DNA of 61,154 nt, counting the filler, from Barthelona sp. PAP020 (Eukaryota): the NCBI GenBank assembly GCA_040182905.1. It is 2 parts of 2 records of this genome, joined end to end, with 100 filler letters (N's around TTAATTAATTAA, not from the genome) between each part and the next. Parts side by side here need not be neighbours in the genome. Positions count along the whole stretch, not along the records: positions 1 to 30,766 come from JARQWU010000111.1; positions 30,867 to 61,154 come from JARQWU010000112.1. One strand, 5' to 3'. The position numbers and the translations under genes were made by a program. Below the pieces are notes generated by a model that saw only the letters and a list, made by a program, of their open reading frames with translations, had not been told where the DNA came from and made no database searches. Numbering within the stretch: position 1 is the stretch's first letter; each line of letters starts with the position of its first letter. Below are positions 23,006 through 31,482 of the stretch, piece by piece.

Positions 23006-26000
23006 ATGGTGGAAGGAGGACACTTTAAAATACGTAATTTTAGAGAAACACGTTCTAAATATATTTGGTGGTGCATCCTGGGGATATGTGTAATATCAAA
23101 CTTGGGAGCATTATATTTAAAGACAAATTTTGTTTTGAATGGAAAGAATATCGATATTTTAAATGATTATGATGTTTATGATAACATTAAAGAAATTGAT
23201 TTATTAAACATTGATATCTTTTCATTCATAATAAGTAATGCCCAAACAAATACAAATTCAAAGGATATAAATGGGTATTTGACATTAATTTTGAAAATAA
23301 AGAATACTTACACCAATCTTATTGAAGATGTTGAAGATGCAATGACTGTCATACCTTTTTTTATTAAAGCTAATCAAAAAAATTTAGTTCTTTCTGAAAT
23401 TGATACTTTTTTGGATAAATATTCTAAAGAAGCTTTTGTTGGAAGAGATTACTATCTTGAAACTTTTATGAAACCTTGCAAATATAATACACAATATGAA
23501 GGCCGAGAATGCCTGTGGAGTGACAAAATTGAAAGTGTCCAATTGGTTTCACAACTTCCCAATGCTTGGTTCGTTTTAGGAACGTTTTTTTCGACAATTG
23601 CTGTATGTGTTTTGTGTGTTTCAAATGTGTTAGTTGGTCTTGTATGTGTATTAGATACGTTTTTACCTATTTTTAAGCCTACTCAAAAGATGTCTGTTGA
23701 ATATTTTTATATCTATGTAACCAATTGCATTAAGATGTTCATTCAAGTGCTAGTTGCTTTATCTGCTATTGTTTCTTTCATTAATATAGGGTTTACTGAA
23801 ATATTCGTAATTTCTAATGTAGTATATGGGTTATTATTTTATTTAATTATGTATCATATCGTTTTACAGACTATTATGACCCTGTTACTTCAGTTTGTTA
23901 AAAACATTTTTTCTTTATATGTGATCACTATATCTTTGTTCTTTGTGTTTGTTTTACACTTCTTTTCGTATATATATGGGATTAGATTATATAATTTTGA
24001 AAGAGATATTGCAGATTTATTGTATGTACCAATACCTCCTCAATTGATTACCATCATAACATATTGTTGTGTATTAGCTTGGGTTTATGTTTTGGTTGTG
24101 TATTTTTTGAAATCAATGATATTTGGTACCATTTTACCCAATTCATACAAGGCTTTTAACAGTTCAGGTGGGTTTATTTTTGAGTTATCGGCTACTCTTC
24201 CTTGGTTATCATGTCTTTCATTATTGATTGTATTTTTGAATAGAGAAGATTCTTCGTTTGCTATCAATTTATGGTGGTTGTGTTTTTTGGTTGGTTTAAC
24301 AACATATGCTAAAGTATCTCTAATAATTAATGAAAAGAATGAAATTCCTGGGACTTTAGATAGTGAAAAACATTTATTTATTTCATTGATAGCTTCATTC
24401 TCGATCCTTTGTGGTACCTTCTTGCAATTGAGTTTCGATACAAAGATTTCCCATGCAATTTTAAATGGATTCTTTAGAGTAGCCCTCTTAAATGGGTTAT
24501 TTTTCATTTTCCTATTCATACAGGTTTTAATGCAGGTAATACCTTTTATTTTCAGTATAGATGATAAAATTAGTCAAGCAAGACCTTATTTTTGGTTAGA
24601 TAATAGTCCTAATATGGTTGTAAATATTACATTATACAATGAAGAGTTAAAAGGCTTAATGAATACTTTATTTGCTATAGGAAATAGTGTGATCAGTGGT
24701 GGGAGATATCGGAAAAAGTATGTTACAAAGAATTTAAGACCTTTTATGTTAGTAGATGGTTTGGAATGTGGTGTAGGACAAGAATTATTAAAAAAGATTT
24801 GTAATCCCAAATTATTGGGATATGAACCTGGTACATGGGAGCATAAGTTTGGATACTTTAAAAGAGGCAGTTCAAATATAGTATCACCAAAAAATATAAC
24901 TTTAAGTGACATTTATTCAGATGATTTTTGTTCAATTGATGGGTTTTGGAGACTTCCTTGTAGATATTTCCGTAAAAAGTTTATTTTTGATAAAGAGAGT
25001 AAACTGTGGGACAAATTAACTTCTTCTGATGAAAAAATTCCAGTCATTAATATTCATCGTATATGTATGTTGAATGCTGTTGAAACAGCAAAGATTCTCA
25101 CTCCAGACTTTTCTTTACGCAGAAATTTTGTTAGTTGCTTTGATAAAGATACTAAATTTGTGTTTATCATAAAAGAACATAATATGAAGAAATTAGACTC
25201 ATTATTATACACTCAAAAATCTATCATGACAAGAGAAGGTTTAATAAGTGCAATTGAATCAAGTGAAAAACTTATGAGTCATTTTCCTGAAGCCTTAGAT
25301 GAGAAAAGTTTGGAAGAAAATCTTGAAATGCTTAAAACATATCCTTCACATCTGAATGAAGAGGCTGCAATCAAAAATTATCAGAAATATGTATCCTATT
25401 TTGGAATGGAACATAAGAAATTGTTTGAAATGAAATTGCTTCAAACAGCTGTAAACAATAAGTCTCCAGACATTGACAAAATTGAATATCTCAATGGAAA
25501 AGCTTTTGCGCTATTTCCACAAGGAAACGATCTACAATCAACTAATTTTGAAGTTGCTGAGTTCATGATGCAGTTAGATGGTGATACTGAACCAGATTCA
25601 GAGTTACTTGGTAGATTAGTGAATGAAATTTATTCATGTAAAAATAATGTTGCTGCAGCAGGAAGACCTGTTCCAACTCAAGGATTTAGGCAGCCTTTAA
25701 TCGCATTAGAATATCATCTTTCAGCCGTTTGGGGCAATGCTTACAAATCTAAAATGGGAAAGGTTAGTTGTTTACCAGGTTGTGCTGCATTAACCCGTAT
25801 AAACAGTAAAGAAGTCGATCATGCTCATATGACACAAAGAGATTTTGATGCCTTTAGTCGTGTTGTTGATTTTAACACCAATGGGAATGATGATGTGACT
25901 CTAAAAATGTTTGAGCATGAAGAATACATAGCACATAATTTAGGTGAAGATAGGGCATTGACTGCACAATTTTTAAGTGCCGGTTACAGAATCACAACAG

Positions 26001-26701
26001 TTCCTTCTGCTATTGTTTTGACTGAAACACCACCTACAATGTTAGATTATTTCATTCAACGAAGAAGATGGAATAATTCAACGTTATTTGTGAACTATTA
26101 TCTAAAAAATAAGGCAAGTGATGACCAAGTTGACAATTTATTTGAAGCAAAATATTCAGATCTTAATAAAACCAGCACTTTCCATAGTCTCATTCTAAAA
26201 GCATCAATATATATTGATATTGGGTTATATTATTGTCAACCTGCTTCATTTGTCACTTTCCTATTTTCAATGGCTTTTGGTGTTGTTAATTATTCTAAAG
26301 GCAACTTGATCAGCTTTCACAGTAATGGTAGCAGTTTTATTACAACAACACAAACAGCCCATGAAAGTGCTACAATTCATTTAAATGGAGGTATGTCCAT
26401 TATTTTCATTTTGCAGGCGTTTTTTACCTTTGTTCAATTATTATTTGTACTTTTTGCTACTTTTAGAAACAATATTCAATATTATTTGAGGGTTTCCAGT
26501 AATGACCAACGTGAACGTGCAACAGCCCCTGGAGTACTTCACACTTTATGGCTGTTTATGGTTGAGTTTCCTTATTTCTCTGGTCTTTCAGTCATAAAGA
26601 GTATTTTATTTATTGGAGATGTGAGTTGGGGTACAAGAGAGAGAAAAGGTGGTCTTGCATCATCTTTTGATTATGAACCAATAAGAAATAATCCACAGTA
26701 A
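23006..26701 (+). CDS. CHS: Chitin synthase (GT2) with large N-terminal multi-TM region
   Basis: TLYNEE, VDG, KEHNMKK, LDGDT, EY...SCLPGC, LGEDRALT, TETP, QRRRW (26057) and VSWGTRE, in canonical order. Confidence 0.92.
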   Translation: MVEGGHFKIRNFRETRSKYIWWCILGICVISNLGALYLKTNFVLNGKNIDILNDYDVYDNIKEIDLLNIDIFSFIISNAQTNTNSKDINGYLTLILKIKNTYTNLIEDVEDAMTVIPFFIKANQKNLVLSEIDTFLDKYSKEAFVGRDYYLETFMKPCKYNTQYEGRECLWSDKIESVQLVSQLPNAWFVLGTFFSTIAVCVLCVSNVLVGLVCVLDTFLPIFKPTQKMSVEYFYIYVTNCIKMFIQVLVALSAIVSFINIGFTEIFVISNVVYGLLFYLIMYHIVLQTIMTLLLQFVKNIFSLYVITISLFFVFVLHFFSYIYGIRLYNFERDIADLLYVPIPPQLITIITYCCVLAWVYVLVVYFLKSMIFGTILPNSYKAFNSSGGFIFELSATLPWLSCLSLLIVFLNREDSSFAINLWWLCFLVGLTTYAKVSLIINEKNEIPGTLDSEKHLFISLIASFSILCGTFLQLSFDTKISHAILNGFFRVALLNGLFFIFLFIQVLMQVIPFIFSIDDKISQARPYFWLDNSPNMVVNITLYNEELKGLMNTLFAIGNSVISGGRYRKKYVTKNLRPFMLVDGLECGVGQELLKKICNPKLLGYEPGTWEHKFGYFKRGSSNIVSPKNITLSDIYSDDFCSIDGFWRLPCRYFRKKFIFDKESKLWDKLTSSDEKIPVINIHRICMLNAVETAKILTPDFSLRRNFVSCFDKDTKFVFIIKEHNMKKLDSLLYTQKSIMTREGLISAIESSEKLMSHFPEALDEKSLEENLEMLKTYPSHLNEEAAIKNYQKYVSYFGMEHKKLFEMKLLQTAVNNKSPDIDKIEYLNGKAFALFPQGNDLQSTNFEVAEFMMQLDGDTEPDSELLGRLVNEIYSCKNNVAAAGRPVPTQGFRQPLIALEYHLSAVWGNAYKSKMGKVSCLPGCAALTRINSKEVDHAHMTQRDFDAFSRVVDFNTNGNDDVTLKMFEHEEYIAHNLGEDRALTAQFLSAGYRITTVPSAIVLTETPPTMLDYFIQRRRWNNSTLFVNYYLKNKASDDQVDNLFEAKYSDLNKTSTFHSLILKASIYIDIGLYYCQPASFVTFLFSMAFGVVNYSKGNLISFHSNGSSFITTTQTAHESATIHLNGGMSIIFILQAFFTFVQLLFVLFATFRNNIQYYLRVSSNDQRERATAPGVLHTLWLFMVEFPYFSGLSVIKSILFIGDVSWGTRERKGGLASSFDYEPIRNNPQ

Positions 26702-27590
26702 AGAAAAGAAATGTGAAGGAACAGGCAAAGCGCCAGCAAAGGTGCATTTTTATTTGTACAATGTTGATAGAATTGATCAACTGCTTTTTTTTTGTTGAAC
26801 TCTGGTTTGGACTTCTTAATTCATAATAAAAGAGAAAGACATTTATTGTTACCCTTTTAATCCTTTTGTTAAAGGCAAATTGAGAAAAGAATTTTGTCTG
26901 CTTTTGTCTGTGTTACTTTTCTTCAGTCAACCACCTAATCAACCAAAGTAGTATTCCCAGAAAAGCGGAAGAATTTCACCCAAAAGACAAAATAAACATT
27001 GTTCTAGGTTCTATTCTTGCACTTCTGATTGTTAAATATGATCCAATACATATACAATAATTTATAATAACAATATGAACGTTACACAAGCTTTAAGTGG
27101 GTAAAAATTGGTATCCAATGAAATTTATCTTTATTCGCAACACAACGAAAGAACGTGAATTTATCTGATTGATAAATGAGGTCAAGTAAACAATATTCAT
27201 GTGAAGCGCAGCGGGCATTTCATAAGAGAGCAACAACAAGAAAATTTTTGGATGCGTTTGTGTGAGTCAAGCAAAACCCACAATATGCCAGCCTGTTTCC
27301 CTACACCAGATCAACCAGTATCAGATATTAATCCTACAAAGTTTCAGCCTGGAGCAAGAACTTTGCGGGAAAAGAGAAAAGAATATTTTCCGGTGCAGGA
27401 AAAACTTTCCCGCCATTTCTGAACAAGTTGGAATTTCAAAATTGGAAGATGTTATCAAATTAAATCAAAATTTTAAATATGGCAGATCAACAAAAGGTTG
27501 ATTCTTTTTTTTTATAAAGGGCATTCAGTTCACGAACTAAACTCAGATCAAGAATTGACAAACACCAACTAGCCAACCTTCTCATCCTAT

Positions 27591-27738
27591 AATCCTTGTA
27601 AAAGCTTTTATAATCATTTTCTGTTTTGCATCATGAATCTAACCGAGAACAATAAAGATCTTTATAAACATTTATTGTTATTGTCGTGTGAAATCCTTGT
27701 AAAAGCTTTTAAAATCATTTTCTGTTTTGCATCATGAA
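27591..27738. repeat. 47-bp direct repeat (27591-27637 and 27692-27738, one mismatch)
   Basis: AATCCTTGTAAAAGCTTTTA(T/A)AATCATTTTCTGTTTTGCATCATGAA occurs twice. Confidence 0.9.
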
Positions 27739-27875
27739 ACCATGGAGTAATTTCCCTAACCCCAGTTAGTAAATATAAATTAAAACCTTTCATTTTGCCC
27801 TTTCGTCTAACGTGAATTCTTAATTTATGAAATGAGAGACTCGATCCTTCTTCCAAAACTTCTTTTTTCAAAACT

Positions 27876-27958
27876 TGTATGAGACGGGATTCGAACCCGC
27901 GCATCCGGAGATACCAGAGCCTTAATCTGGCGCCTTAGACCAACTTGGCTACCCATAC
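27876..27958 (-). tRNA. tRNA-Leu (anticodon AAG), 83 nt with long variable arm
   Basis: Acceptor stem GTATGGG/CTCATAC, D arm GCC..GGC, anticodon arm CCAGA-TTAAGGC-TCTGG, variable arm TATC-TCCG-GATG, T arm GCGGG-TTCGAAT-CCCGT; TTTT Pol III terminator just downstream. Confidence 0.95.
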
Positions 27959-28190
27959 CTGATTAAATTGTAAGATGGATGAAAATATTTTGTGGGGCAT
28001 AATCTTCTTCAATTGTTTTTCATTTAAAAATGGCAAAAATATTAATTTTATTAACTATATTTAACAATTTGTTGATTTCTTTTAAAAAAAAAAGAGAAAA
28101 ACTCAACTATCAAATGTGATTTAGTCACACCCAAAAAAGAAATCTATAATTTTTTATGAAATTTTTTTTCCATTAAAAAATCTTCTTTCA

Positions 28191-28958
28191 ATGGTTTTTG
28201 TATATGTTCTTGAGCTAAAACAAAGCAAATATTATGTTGGAAAGACGAATAATCCTGAATTTCGATTAGAAAATCATTTTAGTTCAAATGGTTCAGAGTG
28301 GACTAAAATGTATGAACCATTGAAAGTTTTGGAAGTTAAATCAAATTGTGATGATTTTGATGAGGATAAAGTCACATTACAATACATGAATAGATTTGGT
28401 ATAAATAATGTTCGTGGAGGTTCATTTTCTTCTGTAAGATTAGATGAATCAACTATAAATTTGGTGAAAATGATGTGTAAAGGTGCAAATAATCAATGTT
28501 TTTTATGTGGAAAAAAAGATCATTTTGCAAAAGATTGCCCAAATAACTCACCTAATAGAACAAATAACTCACCCAACAAAACAAATGATGATCTTTTTTG
28601 TGTTCGTTGTGGAAGAAAAGGTCATGATGATTCTTCTTGTGGTGCTAAAACACATGTAGATGGATATCACTTGTACAATGATAATTGCTGTTTTCGTTGT
28701 GGAAGAAAAGGCCATTTTGCCGCTTCTTGTTATGCTGCAACACACGTTAATGGATATTATCTGGATAATGATGACTGTTGCTTTCGTTGTGGAAGAAAAG
28801 GACATTATGCTTCTTCTTGTCATGCTAGGACACACGTTGATGGATACAGATTGGATGATGATGATGATGATGATGATCGTTGTTTTCGTTGTGGAAGAAC
28901 AGGACACTATTCTTCATCCTGTTATGCTTCAACTCACGTGGATGGATATTACTTGTGA
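28191..28958 (+). CDS. GIY-YIG nuclease-domain protein with five CCHC zinc knuckles
   Basis: VYVLEL...YYVGKT...R...H...ED...NVRGG, followed by five CxxCGxxxHxxxxC knuckles. The last four are in units of about 90 bp ending THV(D/N)GY. Confidence 0.88.
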   Translation: MVFVYVLELKQSKYYVGKTNNPEFRLENHFSSNGSEWTKMYEPLKVLEVKSNCDDFDEDKVTLQYMNRFGINNVRGGSFSSVRLDESTINLVKMMCKGANNQCFLCGKKDHFAKDCPNNSPNRTNNSPNKTNDDLFCVRCGRKGHDDSSCGAKTHVDGYHLYNDNCCFRCGRKGHFAASCYAATHVNGYYLDNDDCCFRCGRKGHYASSCHARTHVDGYRLDDDDDDDDRCFRCGRTGHYSSSCYASTHVDGYYL

Positions 28959-30093
28959 TAATTGAATGTATACAGATAAACTATAGAGTTTTTTTGTTAA
29001 TAATCTTAATTTAACATGATGTTCATTAAAAGTGAAAGATATTGACAATATAAACCACAAAAAGAATTCTAAATCGCATAATATCTGCATGATAAACGAA
29101 TTCTTTTTTACGACCATATTGTGAACTAAAATGAGCTTATGCTGCTTTTACATCATTTTTTTTTGTTTTAGCTCATTTTTTAAACAACTATTTTATCAAT
29201 TATCTCCAAGCCAAGAAGCACTGTGCATAAGAGTGAATAAAAAATAATAGTGTTTATTTGGTTAAAGGCTTTCGAGGCCCGATCGAACATTCAATTCTCC
29301 AAAAGTTAAAATTAAAACTGTATAATTTTTGCCAAATCCAAAAAGGAAACAAGGACAAGAAGTTCTTTCCCAAAGATGTACCTAGACCATACAATATACT
29401 TTCAGTCTGGATCTCACACCCTGACTTTTTTGCCGAAATTAACTAAAATGACTCTTTAGGTTTCTTTTCACTGTAAATAAGGTTGTGTCACTACTAGACC
29501 AAATATCATGGCACTTTTATTTTTTCTTAATGTTACGATACCGATTGTTGGAGTCCAACACAACAAGAACAAAAAACAATAATAAATGATGTTGCCTTTA
29601 TTTATTTAAATTGAAGGTTATCACATTAACAACATAAGAGGCTCATTGAAGAAGTGAAAAAGATTTCTTCGATTTAAGAAAAAAAGAACATTTGATGGAC
29701 ATACATCGCACAGTTGCAGGTTCAATTTGTGTATTTTGTGAGCAGAAATATGTCAATACCACCACTATATCAACAAATCTGAAAAAATAAATTGAAACAA
29801 TGTCTTGTAAAAAATATTCGAACAAACATCATTATGACAAACTTTCATAATTGTGCAACATTTTCACAAAGTTTAAATCAATATCAAAAGCTTAATTCGC
29901 TGCATCAATTCGAAAAAGGAAATCTCAAGAAAGAATTAAATTATATTGTAAAGAGTTCTCCACAAACCAGTCAATCAATTATCAAATTTCATTTTGCCAA
30001 CAACTAAATTAAAATAATGCCTGATTTGAGGGATAAATATTGATATACAAAGAGAAATGATAAATTTGGAGGATCTTATTTTCTTTACCGACA

Positions 30094-30766
30094 ATGGTTG
30101 TTAACACTGCAGTTGAGAAAATTGATCCTTATTTTAAGCATAATATGGATCTAGTTGTTGTTCCAGATGGGTTTGATGTGGATGGATTTGAAGATAATGG
30201 TCTTCCAAAGAAGATATATTTTGCCGCATGTGATGGTAACCTTGAGGTTGTCAAGCAGTGTATCAAAGCTGGCGTTGATATGAACAAACAGGGAAAGGAA
30301 GGAAGAACATCGCTTTGGGGAGCTGTTTTTAATGGGCATATAGAAGTTGTTGAGTTTTTGTTGGATTTTGGCGCTGATGTTAATTTGAGTATGAATGGGG
30401 GATTTTCTCCATTGTACATCTGTTGTCAAAATGGTCATGTTGATGTTGCCAAAATGCTCCTGGATCATGGAGCTGATATTAATTTGTGTAATAATAAAGG
30501 TGCTTCTCCATTGTACATCTGTTGTCAAAATGGTCATCTTAATGTTGCTAAAATGCTCTTGGATCATGGAGCTGATGTTTGTTTGTGCAATAATAACGGT
30601 GCTTCTCCATTTTACATCAGTTGTCAAAATGGGCATCTTGATGTTGCCAAAATGCTCTTGGATCATGGTGCTGATGTTAATTTGTGTAGGGACGGTGGAT
30701 TTTCTCCATTGTATATCAGTTGTCAAAATGGTCAACTTGATGTTGCCAAGATGCTTCTACATTGTC
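30094..30766 (+). CDS. Ankyrin-repeat protein, 3' truncated by the assembly gap
   Basis: Tandem 33-aa repeats GxSPLYICCQNGHxDVAKMLLDHGADVN, near-identical 99-bp units. Confidence 0.9.
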
Positions 30767-30866
30767 NNNNNNNNNNNNNNNNNNNNNNNNNNNNNNNNNN
30801 NNNNNNNNNNTTAATTAATTAANNNNNNNNNNNNNNNNNNNNNNNNNNNNNNNNNNNNNNNNNNNN
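30767..30866. other. Artificial contig-joining spacer (44 N + TTAATTAATTAA + 44 N)
   Basis: Exactly 100 nt, symmetric N runs around a palindrome with stop codons in all six frames. Different genes are truncated on each side. Confidence 0.95.
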
Positions 30867-31192
30867 TGGTTCGAGAATAGAAATAGTTCCGTCATTTAAA
30901 AAATAATTAATTATACAATGATGAACACATACATTACAGTCAGGGGATTCATAAACATTTTCCAAAAAGTAAGCTGAAAAACATAATTTAATTTCGGTTT
31001 TTTCATCTTTCAACAATGGGTCAATTTGAATAACTTCTTTCTTTTCTGTTCCATCTTTTACAACTGGCATACTTCCATGAAAAGTAAAAATTTGTTTCTT
31101 CGAATAATTCTCTTTCTAATTATTAGTAAAACTTGAAAATTATACACTTAAGTTACCTTTGTTTCCGTTGGTGGTGTTAATCCTGGAATCAT
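30867..31192 (-). CDS. EFHC1: 5' part of axonemal EFHC1/RIB72 DM10-domain protein; intron 31116-31156; truncated by gap
   Basis: MIPGLTPPTETK|KENYSKKQIFTFHG..., then DM10 motif LCFSAYFLENVYESP...CIINYFLNDGTISILEP. The 41-nt intron reads GTAACT..ACTAAT..TAG. Confidence 0.82.
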
Positions 31193-31482
31193 TTGAATAT
31201 TGACTTGAAAAAAAAAATTGAAATTTGAAGTTGAAATTTGTTTGAAAACTGTTTACACATGAAATTTGCTCATTAAAATGAAAATAACCGTTTATAAATG
31301 AAAGAATAATAGAACTTTCAAAGTTTCAAATTTCACCCTTCTTTTGAATACTTTGATACAAATGCAATAAATTTGAAAAAAAGAATAATAAATTCATTAA
31401 AAAGGGATGCTTAAAGGTGAAATGCATGTCATTGATAACAATTGACGATGAAATTGAAATATAGATTTTTTTTTTCAGACGC

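Noticed and set aside
27662..27904. 80-aa ORF on the minus strand
   Set aside because: It begins inside the tRNA-Leu gene and crosses the direct repeat; spurious.
28590..28958. Regularly spaced repeats resembling a CRISPR array
   Set aside because: They are in-frame coding repeats of zinc knuckles, in eukaryotic context with no cas genes.
28191..28958. Retrotransposon Gag interpretation of the CCHC knuckles
   Set aside because: No reverse transcriptase, protease, integrase or LTRs nearby; the N-terminus is GIY-YIG.
29128..29179. 10-bp inverted repeat (AAAATGAGCT/AGCTCATTTT) downstream of the GIY-YIG gene, like a Mimivirus polyadenylation hairpin
   Set aside because: Short stem with a 32-nt loop in AT-rich DNA; plausible by chance.
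29690..29790. Short frame SICVFCEQKYVNTTTISTNLKK* resembling a BED zinc finger (hAT relic)
   Set aside because: It stops before the His ligands, and no transposase motifs or terminal repeats are visible.
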